A stretch of 64,000 nt of DNA. Origin: a phage. Positions 27,675 through 38,208 of the stretch are shown here, one piece after another. The notes under the pieces were generated by a model, which did no database searches, had not been told where the DNA came from, and worked only from the letters and a program-made list of their open reading frames with translations. Position 1 is the stretch's first letter. Every line of letters starts with the position of its first letter. The DNA lies in sequence record PZ445526.1. One strand, 5' to 3'. Made by a program: the position numbers and the translations under genes.

Positions 27675-29101
27675 TAAAATTTTAATTCATTTGCCAAAGC
27701 ATCTAACTGAGCTCGAGTCGATTCATTTCTTTGATAGCGATTCTGTTCAGCCTGAATCTGTTGTGAACCTGCTACTTCACTCACTTCAGTTGGAGTAGAA
27801 TCTTGTTCAATTTCTACCCATTTCTGATTTCCTTTTTGAACACCCATCAAAAACTTATTCCATTTGTTCTTATCGCCATATCGTGATTTGATTTGCTTAA
27901 TGAGTTGTTGTTCAGCAGCTGCTAGCTCCTCGGTTTCAATGACCGCAAGCATAAAATCGGCTGTTGCTGGAAGACCGGCAGATTCTGCAATATCGCTCAT
28001 GTTAACATCGGAAGAGTCCCAAGCTTGTTTACCAACCTGTGCTGCAGTCCAAAGAACAGTTTCGGTTTCAACAGCCAGAGCACGCAATTCCTCTGCAATA
28101 GCTTTAACAGTTGTGTAACTATTTTCTGAATAAACTCTAATGCGGCAAGATTTACAAATACCTAGATAATCGACAATAATGATTGTTGGAACAAAATTCT
28201 TTTTGAGCTTCAATTCGTTTAAAAGTGATCGAAACGTATTAGCATCTGCTCCACCGGTAGGATACTGTTTAACGATTAAACGACCGAGAGTAGATTTCTC
28301 ACGCCATTTTTCCATTTTTCCTTTATACTCAGCGTAAGAAATATGCCCATCATCAATGTCATCAAGAGAAACATCAAGCATATTAGCATCAATACGCTTA
28401 GCACAGACTTCTTCTGCCATTTCCATGGAAATGTAAAGAACATTATGTCCGAGCTGTAAATAATCTGCTGCCAATGAACACAGACCTAATGACTTACCAA
28501 CGTTAACGCCAGCCATTAAAACGTTCAGTGTTCCAGTCTCAGCTCCGCCTTTAGTAATTTTGTTCAGAATTCTGAGTTTAAATGGAACCTTACGAGCTTT
28601 ATTCATATAAGATAGCCAACGTGCTTCGTAGTCATCCATCCAGTCATGACCAACGTAACTATCAAATGAAATTGATAATGCTTGGCGCATGATGTCAGGA
28701 ATAGCACCAACATCCGGCATTTTCTTATTTCGTTTTTCCGGAGGAAGCTCAGCATTAGTTTGAATTTCGATTATTTTAGACGTAGCATTAAACATCGCCC
28801 TTTGCTGAACATATTTTTCTGTTTCTTTTATTAACCAACTGTGGTCTTCCGGAGAATCAGCCAGTTTTGAAATAAGTGTTTTTACACCAGAATATTCTGT
28901 TTCAGTAAATGAACTATTTTCTAATGCAACATTTAACGCATTAATAGATGGAACGCTATGATACTCATTAACATGAGATTTAATTAATTTGAATGTATTT
29001 TTAGCTGGGCCACTTTCAAAATATTCTGAATCCATATATGGCCAAACTTTTGAAAAATAAGCTTGATCAAATATGAGATGAGAAAGAATAATTTCTACCA
29101 C
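27674..29101 (-). CDS. 41: replicative DNA helicase gp41 (DnaB-like)
   Basis: 475 aa; Walker A GVNVGKS; GTG start with SD AAGGAG 6 nt upstream; size matches T4 gp41. Confidence 0.9.
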   Translation of the reverse strand: MVEIILSHLIFDQAYFSKVWPYMDSEYFESGPAKNTFKLIKSHVNEYHSVPSINALNVALENSSFTETEYSGVKTLISKLADSPEDHSWLIKETEKYVQQRAMFNATSKIIEIQTNAELPPEKRNKKMPDVGAIPDIMRQALSISFDSYVGHDWMDDYEARWLSYMNKARKVPFKLRILNKITKGGAETGTLNVLMAGVNVGKSLGLCSLAADYLQLGHNVLYISMEMAEEVCAKRIDANMLDVSLDDIDDGHISYAEYKGKMEKWREKSTLGRLIVKQYPTGGADANTFRSLLNELKLKKNFVPTIIIVDYLGICKSCRIRVYSENSYTTVKAIAEELRALAVETETVLWTAAQVGKQAWDSSDVNMSDIAESAGLPATADFMLAVIETEELAAAEQQLIKQIKSRYGDKNKWNKFLMGVQKGNQKWVEIEQDSTPTEVSEVAGSQQIQAEQNRYQRNESTRAQLDALANELKF

Positions 29102-29110
29102 ACTTACTCC

Positions 29111-29473
29111 TTAAAAGAATTTAAATTTTTTCTTTGACCTTTTATTAAATGCATCTTGCAGTTGCATTGTAATACATTTTTCTACATGAGGAGCTAACTC
29201 AGCTTTTCTTTCTTGGTCAAGAACAGCAAAGTCCATTACAACCTTTCCATCAACCCAATCCAGTTTTGTTACATACACTATATGTGTAGAACCATCTTCT
29301 AGTTTAATGACAATCTCCTGGATAACATTTTCCATGGCAGATTTAATTATCTTAAGAGACTCATTAAAAAGACGTTCTTTTCTTTCTTCTTCCCCCTCCG
29401 AAGAGGGGGATTCATCGATAATTTCTAGATCTAAATCTAAATCATCTTTATTCATTAAATTCTTCCATATCAC
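29111..29473 (-). CDS. hypothetical acidic protein (120 aa), possible gp40 equivalent
   Basis: Position between 41 and uvsX; track start is GTG, internal ATG at 29455 possible. Confidence 0.45.
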   Translation of the reverse strand: MIWKNLMNKDDLDLDLEIIDESPSSEGEEERKERLFNESLKIIKSAMENVIQEIVIKLEDGSTHIVYVTKLDWVDGKVVMDFAVLDQERKAELAPHVEKCITMQLQDAFNKRSKKKFKFF

Positions 29474-30629
29474 TTAACTGTTCTAGGTCAGTTTCTAAAT
29501 CAGCTGCTGATTTACTTTTACTTTCTGGAGATTTAAATTTTTCAACCTTTGAGTTAATCAATTCATCAACTTCAGCTTCAACAATTTCATTACTATCAAT
29601 AGCACCTAACTGATAAGCACGTTTAATAGCATCTCGGAATGGTTGATGCTTAAATAAAGGACCCCAGAATGTAGTACAGTTGGTATCTTTTGCACGCCAA
29701 GATTTTTCTTCGCGAATCATCTCGCCGGTTTCTTCATCAAGAAATTCACGAGCATACCAGCCATTTTTAGGTTTTACTACAAATCCTAATTCTAGAGCCA
29801 TATCTAACAATCCAGAATAAGGATCGATACCACCGTCAAATTTAACATCAATAAAGAATTTACTTTTTTCTTTAACGGTACGAGATTTTTCTACATTTAG
29901 AACAAATTGATACCCCTGAAGATCAGAACCATCTTTAATCTGACGTTTACCAATAATGAATACAGTATCAGCCGAATACATTACGCCTGTACCACCTGTC
30001 ATCACGGTTTTACTAAACATTTCAATTGTTTCAATTGTATGGTTAACCGCAACGCATGGAATGTTTTTAATGCTAAAATAAGGAGTAACAATACGGAATA
30101 ATGACTTCAGTGATTTAGCACGAGTCATATCTGCCACAGATTTTTCATTCAAGGCATCTTCAGTTTCTTTCTTAGAAGCCATATTACCGATTGAGTCGAT
30201 GAATACAATAACCTTTTCACCACGCTCAATAGCTTCAAGCTGATTCACCATATCAATTTTCAGCTGTTCAACTGACTGAATTGGCGTATGAATTACTCGT
30301 TCCGGGTCAACTCCCATGGATCGCAAATAAGCTGGAGTAATACCAAATTCGCTATCATAGAATAGACAAACCGCGTCAGGATACTTGTTCAAATATGCCG
30401 CAACCATAGTCAAAGACATATTTGATTTAAAGTGTTTAGAAGGCCCTGCGAAAATAGTTAAACCAGACTGCATACCACCATCAATCGCACCGGAAATAGC
30501 GATATTAAGCATTGGAATTTTTGTACGGATTACATCCTTTTCATTAAAGAATTTAGATGTAGTCAGTTCAGCAGTCATTTTAGAAGTGGAAGCTTTAATC
30601 AAACGGGATTTTAAATCTGCAATAGACAT
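29448..30629 (-). CDS. uvsX: UvsX recombinase (RecA-like)
   Basis: 393 aa; MSIADLKSRLIKASTSKMTAELTTSKFFNEKDV..., Walker A GPSKHFKS; matches remembered T4 UvsX. Confidence 0.9.
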   Translation of the reverse strand: MSIADLKSRLIKASTSKMTAELTTSKFFNEKDVIRTKIPMLNIAISGAIDGGMQSGLTIFAGPSKHFKSNMSLTMVAAYLNKYPDAVCLFYDSEFGITPAYLRSMGVDPERVIHTPIQSVEQLKIDMVNQLEAIERGEKVIVFIDSIGNMASKKETEDALNEKSVADMTRAKSLKSLFRIVTPYFSIKNIPCVAVNHTIETIEMFSKTVMTGGTGVMYSADTVFIIGKRQIKDGSDLQGYQFVLNVEKSRTVKEKSKFFIDVKFDGGIDPYSGLLDMALELGFVVKPKNGWYAREFLDEETGEMIREEKSWRAKDTNCTTFWGPLFKHQPFRDAIKRAYQLGAIDSNEIVEAEVDELINSKVEKFKSPESKSKSAADLETDLEQLSDMEEFNE

Positions 30630-30682
30630 TCATTTTTTCCATAGGCATCATTATATTTTCCTCACTGGTTAAAGATAGAGTA

Positions 30683-30712
30683 ATTATAACACAATAAATT
30701 TAGGCATTAATC
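30683..30712 (-). promoter_or_regulatory. candidate promoter for uvsX
   Basis: extended -10 TGTTATAAT with imperfect MotA-like box ATGCCTAAA 11 nt upstream. Confidence 0.3.
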
Positions 30713-31549
30713 AACTGCTATTGGATGAATAGCATTAAACTTATGAAATGCTTCTGATTTTTCTTTACGCGAAACACACATGCGAAGAACCTTTAATGGC
30801 TCATCTTCTTCACCCAACGATTTTCGTTTTTCAATATTAGAAGTTTTCCAACGAGCTTGCTCTGGAAACTCTCTATTGATTTGCTCAAGCGCTCTATTAT
30901 GTTTAGAATTACTACGAATTGAACTGCACCCGCCAGGAGCTTGTGCTTTTCCAGATACAACCAGATATTTGAACAAGGCCAAATGCGGATAACCTTGATT
31001 AATTAAATTGAGAAATGCATACATATCTTCACATAAATCAATTTTTCCATACCCAATTTGTTCTGTCGTAAGTTTTCCAAGGTCATACCATGTATTCGTG
31101 AATCCATATGAATTTTCACGATAATTACCCCAAGATGAAGTAATTTTAAAAATAGGTAGACGAGCATGGCCATGATAATACCCGCAATCCATGGCATCCT
31201 CAACATATTGAATCAATTCATAGAACTGTTCACGAGTTAATTGATTAATTTTATCTACACATCGGCGATCATCTCTTTTTCGCATTGAACTCATACGAAT
31301 AGTAGTATCATCGTCAATCATCCAGATTCGTTGACCTGCATACATGTCAGTAATTGCTTTACGAGTACCGGCAATTCCATTTACATCATCAGGAATAGTT
31401 ACAATTTTAGCTCTAGACCCATAGGCATCATAATAAGCTTTTTCTTCGTGTTCACGCACTACAATATGCGGTTCATAATCAGTCGGAAACATATCAAGGG
31501 CAAAAACTGCCCCTACACGTTGATAGCTTGGAATTACGAATTGAATCAT
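30707..31549 (-). CDS. GT-A type (DXD) glycosyltransferase, probable DNA glucosyl-modification enzyme
   Basis: 280 aa from ATG overlapping gene 42 stop (ATGA); DXD-like motif WMIDDDT; occupies the slot where T4 has beta-gt. Confidence 0.5.
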   Translation of the reverse strand: MIQFVIPSYQRVGAVFALDMFPTDYEPHIVVREHEEKAYYDAYGSRAKIVTIPDDVNGIAGTRKAITDMYAGQRIWMIDDDTTIRMSSMRKRDDRRCVDKINQLTREQFYELIQYVEDAMDCGYYHGHARLPIFKITSSWGNYRENSYGFTNTWYDLGKLTTEQIGYGKIDLCEDMYAFLNLINQGYPHLALFKYLVVSGKAQAPGGCSSIRSNSKHNRALEQINREFPEQARWKTSNIEKRKSLGEEDEPLKVLRMCVSRKEKSEAFHKFNAIHPIAVD

Positions 31550-32286
31550 TTCCACTCACCGTTATAATCTTTTTTCACAATATGAGTTTCGCCAGTATTC
31601 CACCAGTGATCAACCAAGTAAAAATGACGAGAATATACATGAAGACTTCCAACATTCCATATAATAGAACCTGCTTTATACTGACGAGTTGAATCGCCTG
31701 CATTCAAATCAGATACTAATTTATCTAATACGTATTTTTGCCATGCATAATCATTACGGAATCCGAAGACCACGTCATTTGAGCGCATGCTTACTACTGC
31801 ATTGACTTTCTTATCACGAATCAGGTACTGTACTGTATTCGTACACATGAAATCTGACATACCATCTTTATTGTAGTCAAATTGCATGGATGGACGAGTA
31901 TAAATCATGATACCACGTCGAGAATCAGGATTTTGACCAAGTTCAGCTAAACACATATCATACTGGGCATAGTTATCTTCTGACCAAATAGCCCAACCAT
32001 AATTCGAGTTAATTTCGCCTTTAGAAGATGCTACCTGCTGCCAAATCTTTGGTGTTTCACCTGGAATATCTTTAACAAACAAGCTCTTAGATTTATACCA
32101 TTCAAGTTCGCGCTGAATGTATTCATCATTAAGAGCGCCAAAAATAAACGGTTCATCTGCTACAAATGATGCGCCAATAATTTCAATAGTTTTAACACCA
32201 GTTTTATCAACTACGAAATCTTTTTCTTTTAATGCAAGCCCCAAATGAAGACGGATTTCTTCAACTGTCATAGAGTCACTAATCAT
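31546..32286 (-). CDS. 42: dCMP hydroxymethylase gp42
   Basis: 246 aa, thymidylate-synthase-like; size and position match T4 gp42. Confidence 0.9.
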   Translation of the reverse strand: MISDSMTVEEIRLHLGLALKEKDFVVDKTGVKTIEIIGASFVADEPFIFGALNDEYIQRELEWYKSKSLFVKDIPGETPKIWQQVASSKGEINSNYGWAIWSEDNYAQYDMCLAELGQNPDSRRGIMIYTRPSMQFDYNKDGMSDFMCTNTVQYLIRDKKVNAVVSMRSNDVVFGFRNDYAWQKYVLDKLVSDLNAGDSTRQYKAGSIIWNVGSLHVYSRHFYLVDHWWNTGETHIVKKDYNGEWK

Positions 32287-32439
32287 TTAAACCTCAGTTG
32301 ATACATTCATATTTAACTTGTAACAGTAATAAACCCCAACCTAAAATAATAGTTGGAATCATAAGAGGAACCGTTACACTATAGTATATACTTATTATAA
32401 CCATCAAGATTAAAAGCAATGCTGCTATAATTTTGCTTT

Positions 32440-32691
32440 TCATTCCTTCTCTCTGATGATAATTACCTGATTTGGCTGTGCAGACTTTTTAGTTTCACCT
32501 GCAATTGACCAAATAAATGTAATAAACCAACCAATAATTGACCAGTTAAACAGTAAAGATGTGAAAAAGATTCCTACTGTCGATTTTGACCCACGCATCA
32601 AGGCGATAAACCATGGAAGCATGTATATAATAATAGCCAACACGCCTGAAACTAAAACCATAAAAATTGAACCTGCTACTAAAGTTTCCAT
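32440..32691 (-). CDS. imm: immunity (superinfection exclusion) membrane protein Imm
   Basis: 83 aa, two hydrophobic helices; size and position match T4 Imm. Confidence 0.8.
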   Translation of the reverse strand: METLVAGSIFMVLVSGVLAIIIYMLPWFIALMRGSKSTVGIFFTSLLFNWSIIGWFITFIWSIAGETKKSAQPNQVIIIREKE

Positions 32692-32698
32692 GTTTTCC

Positions 32699-33079
32699 TC
32701 ACTTAGTCAAATTTTTTACACATGAATTATAAGAATTCACTACATACTCCATCGGAGCATTTTTACCGGTACGCCACTGGTAATTATTAGCCCAATTTGC
32801 CCAAATTTCAGCGCAGTAGTTTTCAATTTTTTCTTCGCGTGTAATTACATCCGAATTACGATATGCTTGAGCAGATTCATCTGGACGAATAGCTTCGTCA
32901 AAATTCGCCTGCATTTGTTCTACTGTCTGTTTTGGAGCTTCTTTATAACACTTTACATTAGGATTATAAAACTTGCTTGAACAGTTTACAATTTTTCCTA
33001 CATCAGACTGATTTACTACCGGTCCTTGAGCTACACAACCAGTAAGACCTAATGCAATAACCAAAATAGCGATTTTCAT
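32699..33079 (-). CDS. putative lipoprotein (126 aa)
   Basis: Track ORF runs through promoter 33117-33146; ATG at 33079 gives MKIAILVIALGLTGC lipobox signal. Confidence 0.5.
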   Translation of the reverse strand: MKIAILVIALGLTGCVAQGPVVNQSDVGKIVNCSSKFYNPNVKCYKEAPKQTVEQMQANFDEAIRPDESAQAYRNSDVITREEKIENYCAEIWANWANNYQWRTGKNAPMEYVVNSYNSCVKNLTK

Positions 33080-33116
33080 TTCATTCTCCAAATCCGTATC
33101 AGTAGTTGATAGTTGT

Positions 33117-33146
33117 ATAGTACCATAGAAGAACAGGGATGTAAAC
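33117..33146 (-). promoter_or_regulatory. early promoter cassette
   Basis: GTTTAC-N18-TACTAT, TGG-extended; after gene 43 terminator. Confidence 0.6.
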
Positions 33147-33225
33147 AGTTTTGTGAAAAAAATTTTTAGGGAATCCAAAGGGTCCAGAATCATCTCTTTT
33201 TCATAAGTATAGATTTATATTACTT

Positions 33226-33251
33226 GTATGAAAAAGGGACCTGGAGGTCCC
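33226..33251 (-). terminator. rho-independent terminator after gene 43
   Basis: GGGACC-UCCA-GGUCCC followed by UUUUU. Confidence 0.6.
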
Positions 33252-33264
33252 TAGATTTATTCTA

Positions 33265-35961
33265 TCAGCCAAACAGGAAGTCTAACGAAGCTTTTTCTTC
33301 ATAGTCCATGCCAGCCGATTCACACATACCCGCAAGCGGTTTAACAAACGATTTTTGGAACAAAGTTGAGTGGTCAATCCAAGATAGCACATCAGAACGA
33401 ATTTCTTTTGGAAGTTCTGTACCCGATGGCCAAGCAATGCACTTGTCACCAAATGGATTTCCTTCACGTAATGGAAGAACCATTACTTTATTTCCATCCA
33501 AAATTGGAGCTACACCCAGACCACTAACAGCTCGACGATAAGTTAGCACACCGCGAATATGGAACGGGCATTTAAATCCTGGCCAACCTTTATCATCATA
33601 TTTCGCTATATCGTTCGCAGTTTTTACTTCAGCAATAACTTTATAGTCAAGTTGACGATATTCTTTCTCGAAGTTCTTGTAATATTCTTGGACAGACTCT
33701 TCACCTTCCTGAAGAATACGACGAATACTTTCTTCGAGAGCTTCTTGGACCGCTTTAGGCGTTGAACTCTGCTGAGTTTCCATACCCATGATTTTTAGAT
33801 GCGGTTCAGCAAATCGCTTATCTTCCATATCATATACGTTCAGAGCATAACGCTTTTTCGCTTTCCAAAATCCACCAACGCCCTTTGAACCAAGTGGAGG
33901 GCAAGAAATAGCTTCACGGTCCATATGCATCAGATGCTCGCGGTTATTCATATAATCACATAACTCACGATATGCAACATCAATCATAGGTTCCATCTTT
34001 TTCTTACCGAACTGATTCATGAATTCAACTAAATCGTTCTGCTCTTTGAATCGGTCAAGACCAACTTTTTCAATAACTTTATCTACACAAACATATACCG
34101 AATCAGTATCACCTGCTGCAATGAAATCTTCGCCATTAGTTCCGCATACTTTATTCAGATATTCATTAATTTTACGAGCAATCCACTGAATACCAACTTG
34201 GCCGAAAATTGTGATAGCAGTAGCATTTCGCAAATCATAGTAACGGAAATGAATATTACCAAGAGCACCATAAAGACTGTTAATAAGAATTTTACGGTTC
34301 AGCTGATTTGTATTAGCAAGTGTAGCCGCTTTTTCACATTCTTCAATCAAACTATTGAGAACAGATTCAGTATAATTCGATAGTTCATTTAAGAAATCAT
34401 CACTGAACTTAACATATCGTTCAACTTCAGGTTTAGTTGAACAAGACCCTGCGCCTTTCATAATAATCTTTTTAATAGCTTCGGCATTCATTTCTTCAGC
34501 GAACATTTTCTTTTTCCAATCTTTACGCTGGAAAAATACTTTAGCGATTTCCTTTGGAATGATACCTTCTTGATGCTTATCATACATCCATCCATTAGGA
34601 GAACAAGAATATTCATCACTCGGTTTAGGAGCTGTTCCTGCGATATATTCATGAATTGGATGAACTTTAAACTGACCACGAATAGTTTCAGGACTAATGT
34701 TAACCTGACGAATAATGCTCGGATACAGAGACGTCAAGTCAAAACTCATAATGTATCGACGTGCAATTGGTTTAGGTTCAAATACAAATGCACCCGGAAA
34801 ACTCTGTTTAACGTGCGAACCTTGTTGAGGAATAACCTTATGTTCACCTTTCAATGAGTTAAAAATAATAGCATCCCAAGTTTTAATAGGACTCATTACA
34901 CCAGAAAAAGGCATTTTAGCGTAATAAGACATACTTAAAACTAGATCGATAAACCCGCGAATTTTATCAATTGCTTGAACTGATTCTACGTCAATGATGT
35001 TATAACTAATGTATCGTTGATGATTAGTCTCACGAAGTTTATTAATAGGACCGTCGTATGGTAATTTACCTTTTTTGGTTTCATGTTGAGCAACTGATTC
35101 CAAAGAGAATGACGGCAAATTAGTAAAAGCAAATTTCTTGTACAAATCTAAATAATCAAGAATAGATACGCCATCAATAGAATAAATTTCTTTGCTGCCG
35201 TACATATTTTGAATTAGTTTAGATTTTACCCGACCGATTGGAGAGAAACGTTTCATACTGCGTTCGCCCAGAATCATTTTAACACGATTCATGATATACG
35301 GAACGTCAAACCCCTCAATATTCCAACCAGTAAAAATAGCAGGTCGTTTCTGTTCCCAGAGATTGATATATTCCATGAGCATATCACGCTCATTATCGAA
35401 TGGCATATAAATTACTCGGTCAAGAATTTCTTGAGGAACTTCATCACCACCTTCACAGTCAAGCTTAGCAGCTAACTTTGCATCCCATTTTGATACTGAA
35501 CCGTACATTGAATTCAAAAGGTCGAAAACATAAAAACGATCGTCAATTGAATCGTAATGAGTGATAGCATCAATTTCATATTCAGCTTTCATTGGGTCAG
35601 GAAATTTATCACCAGTAACCTCAATGTCACAGTTAGCTACACGAACAAATTTTCGGTCATAAACAATTTCTGAACCATATGTATCACTGATATAAGCGAG
35701 TTTAAAATCGTTCATACCGAGAGCTTCGAGACCGATGTCTTCCATTCGCTTCATCCAATCTCGAGCATCTTTCATTGATGGAAATTTTTGAGGAGCGCAG
35801 TTTTTACCATAGATGTCTTTGTATTTTGACTCTTCCTTACAATGCCTAAACATAGTTGGAAGATATTCTACTTCACGAGTACGTTCCTTTCCGTTTTCAT
35901 CAATATAACGTTCAACAATGTTATTTCCGACTGTTTCGATAGAGATATAAAATTCTTTCAT
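33265..35961 (-). CDS. 43: DNA polymerase gp43 (family B)
   Basis: 898 aa; exonuclease DIE motif, polymerase DTDS motif; C-terminus ...SLDFLFG; size matches T4 gp43. Confidence 0.95.
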   Translation of the reverse strand: MKEFYISIETVGNNIVERYIDENGKERTREVEYLPTMFRHCKEESKYKDIYGKNCAPQKFPSMKDARDWMKRMEDIGLEALGMNDFKLAYISDTYGSEIVYDRKFVRVANCDIEVTGDKFPDPMKAEYEIDAITHYDSIDDRFYVFDLLNSMYGSVSKWDAKLAAKLDCEGGDEVPQEILDRVIYMPFDNERDMLMEYINLWEQKRPAIFTGWNIEGFDVPYIMNRVKMILGERSMKRFSPIGRVKSKLIQNMYGSKEIYSIDGVSILDYLDLYKKFAFTNLPSFSLESVAQHETKKGKLPYDGPINKLRETNHQRYISYNIIDVESVQAIDKIRGFIDLVLSMSYYAKMPFSGVMSPIKTWDAIIFNSLKGEHKVIPQQGSHVKQSFPGAFVFEPKPIARRYIMSFDLTSLYPSIIRQVNISPETIRGQFKVHPIHEYIAGTAPKPSDEYSCSPNGWMYDKHQEGIIPKEIAKVFFQRKDWKKKMFAEEMNAEAIKKIIMKGAGSCSTKPEVERYVKFSDDFLNELSNYTESVLNSLIEECEKAATLANTNQLNRKILINSLYGALGNIHFRYYDLRNATAITIFGQVGIQWIARKINEYLNKVCGTNGEDFIAAGDTDSVYVCVDKVIEKVGLDRFKEQNDLVEFMNQFGKKKMEPMIDVAYRELCDYMNNREHLMHMDREAISCPPLGSKGVGGFWKAKKRYALNVYDMEDKRFAEPHLKIMGMETQQSSTPKAVQEALEESIRRILQEGEESVQEYYKNFEKEYRQLDYKVIAEVKTANDIAKYDDKGWPGFKCPFHIRGVLTYRRAVSGLGVAPILDGNKVMVLPLREGNPFGDKCIAWPSGTELPKEIRSDVLSWIDHSTLFQKSFVKPLAGMCESAGMDYEEKASLDFLFG

Positions 35962-36000
35962 AGATATTCCTTAGTTTATAGCCCGAGTTATTAGGCTCTT
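35962..36000 (-). promoter_or_regulatory. candidate gene 43 translational operator
   Basis: minus strand AAGAGCCUAAUAACUCGGGCUAUAAACUAAGGAAUAUCUAUG: short hairpin next to the SD of gene 43, as remembered for the T4 gp43 autoregulatory operator. Confidence 0.4.
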
Positions 36001-36020
36001 GATATATTATACTCCAAATA

Positions 36021-36036
36021 AGGGGCCGAAGCCCCT
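36021..36036 (-). other. UUCG hairpin upstream of gene 43
   Basis: AGGGGC-UUCG-GCCCCU followed by a TATAAT element. Confidence 0.4.
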
Positions 36037-36039
36037 TGC

Positions 36040-36261
36040 TTAAATTAGTACTATTTGTCGGTGAAAAATTGTCATTCCATCTGCATTAATTGACTTAACG
36101 ACTGCGGTAAAGTGTTTTTGTTCTGGATGAATTAATTTTTGAAATTCTACCTGAAATTTTAGTTGAAGGTTTTCTGGTAAATCAAAAAGTGTTTCTGTTG
36201 CAGAAAGATTATATTTTTCTTTAAGAGACGCCATGTATTCTTGTGGAGTTATAGCAGTCAT
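36040..36261 (-). CDS. hypothetical protein (73 aa)
   Basis: Track ORF trimmed to ATG 2 nt after regA stop. Confidence 0.4.
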   Translation of the reverse strand: MTAITPQEYMASLKEKYNLSATETLFDLPENLQLKFQVEFQKLIHPEQKHFTAVVKSINADGMTIFHRQIVLI

Positions 36262-36262
36262 A

Positions 36263-36631
36263 TTAATTACCAATCGTATATTTAGGAACGAGTTTCCATT
36301 CATGTTTTTGTTTAAAAGAGATAACTCGGAAGTTATTAGTTAAATCTTTCATAAAAGTTCTTTGACCGGGAACGATTTCAATCAGTCCCCAATCTTCTAA
36401 CAACCATGCAATCGAATCACGACGAACTTCATCTTCTTCTGTCATTTCAACTTGGCGACCATCCATACGAAGCATTTCTTTAAAATGAACGATATAGTAT
36501 AGTCCTTTTTTCTGAAGAATATGACAGGACTGATACAGAACTTTATCTTTATTATTAGCAATTCCCATACGAGTCAAAGTTTCTTTTACTTTCAGAAAAT
36601 CTTCAGGTTTTTTAAGAGTAATTTCAATCAT
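36263..36631 (-). CDS. regA: translational repressor RegA
   Basis: 122 aa, MIEITLKKPEDFLKVKETLTRMGIANN...; size and position match T4 RegA. Confidence 0.85.
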   Translation of the reverse strand: MIEITLKKPEDFLKVKETLTRMGIANNKDKVLYQSCHILQKKGLYYIVHFKEMLRMDGRQVEMTEEDEVRRDSIAWLLEDWGLIEIVPGQRTFMKDLTNNFRVISFKQKHEWKLVPKYTIGN

Positions 36632-36632
36632 T

Positions 36633-37196
36633 TTACCATTCCAATGCTAGTTTTTTGAGTTGTTTCTGTTCTTTTACGTTCTTAGTCACTTCTTTTAAAA
36701 AATCATCCGTGACTAAACCTTTTAGTTCTTTTAATACTAAAGGAAGTTTTCCATTTTTAGTAAGAATTGATTTATAGTTAATTGCATCATTTGTATTAAC
36801 TTGATACCGCTTAGCAAGTAACTTAATAATCAATACTTCGGTGGAATCTTCAACCAGTTTTGCCCATTTACCATATCTTTTACCACGAGGAACTGCAGCC
36901 ATCAGATAATTAAAATGAGCTTCATCACTTAAACCTGATCCAATTAAATTCATAGCATATACAGCTGGCATGCACTCTGGAAATTGTGATAATGCATTCT
37001 CAACCATGTATTTTGAATAATCTTTTTGAGCAATAGAGCATTTAGTTTTATTATTAATAGCTCCAATTATTTCAAAAAATTCATTTTCAGCTTTTTCTTT
37101 AAAAGAATCAGCAGCGGATTGGACAGCTGTCCAATCTTTTGAATACCAAGCAACTTGATGCTCGTTTAATTGAATATCATCTTCAAATAAGCTCAT
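36633..37196 (-). CDS. 62: clamp loader small subunit gp62
   Basis: 187 aa from ATG at 37196 (track starts at GTG); coupled to gene 44 stop. Confidence 0.85.
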   Translation of the reverse strand: MSLFEDDIQLNEHQVAWYSKDWTAVQSAADSFKEKAENEFFEIIGAINNKTKCSIAQKDYSKYMVENALSQFPECMPAVYAMNLIGSGLSDEAHFNYLMAAVPRGKRYGKWAKLVEDSTEVLIIKLLAKRYQVNTNDAINYKSILTKNGKLPLVLKELKGLVTDDFLKEVTKNVKEQKQLKKLALEW

Positions 37197-37197
37197 A

Positions 37198-38157
37198 TCA
37201 CTTCCACTGCATTTCACATGCCAATTGAATGAAAAGATATGCTAAATGTAATTCAGTATTAGCTGCAATACCATGATACTGATTATTTTCACCAACAATT
37301 TCATACATACGAATAATACTTTGCGGAGTTACACGTGAATAGATTTCTTCGGCAAGTTTACCCACGAACCACGAATAATCAGCTGCATATTTTGGTGCTA
37401 AAGCTCTGAGTTGTTTAACATCTTTATTTTTGAGAGACTCAAGAACATCATCAATAGCACCACGATCGTTAGTAACCAGTGATAAAATACCAGCATCCAA
37501 AACACCTTTAGATGAATAACTATCGAGTTCGCCAATAGTTTTACGAAAATCAGGAAAATTCTTTTTAACCAAAGCTGCTACAACTTTCATATCAGCTATA
37601 GCAATTCCTTCATGCTTACAGATTTCAGTCAATCGACGAATCATCTGCTTCATCATTTCAATTTTATCTTCATCGGTCGGTTGACCGAATGTAATAACTC
37701 GGCAGCGTGACTGAAGAGGTTTAATAATACCATCAATATTGTTAGCAGTAATAATAATACTACAGTTTGAACTATAAGCTTCCATAAAGGAACGAAGATG
37801 TCGCTGAGACTCTGCTAATCCTGAACGGTCAAATTCATCAATAACGATTACTTTTTGACGACCATCAAATGAAGCTGCACTGGCAAAATTAGTCAAAGGA
37901 CCACGAACGAAATCAATTTTACAGTCTGATCCATTCACAAACATCATATCAGCATTTACATCATGACACAATGCTTTCGCTACAGTTGTTTTACCTGTTC
38001 CTGGAGAAGGAGAATGAAGAATAATATGTGGAATCTTACCTTTACTTGTAATAGATTTAAAGGTTTCTTTATCAAAGGCGGGAAGAATACATTCATCGAT
38101 AGTAGATGGACGATATTTCTGTTCAAGAATGTGTTCTTTTTCATTTACGGTAATCAT
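37198..38157 (-). CDS. 44: clamp loader ATPase gp44
   Basis: 319 aa from ATG at 38157 with SD GAGGAAA (track starts at TTG); Walker [11 protein letters not shown]. Confidence 0.9.
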
Positions 38158-38189
38158 AATTTCCTCATTCAAGTTTTAGTGTAAATTAT

Positions 38190-38207
38190 AAAGGGCCGAA
38201 GCCCTTT
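38190..38207 (-). terminator. UUCG hairpin just after gene 45 stop
   Basis: AAGGGC-UUCG-GCCCUU. Confidence 0.45.
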
Positions 38208-38208
38208 A

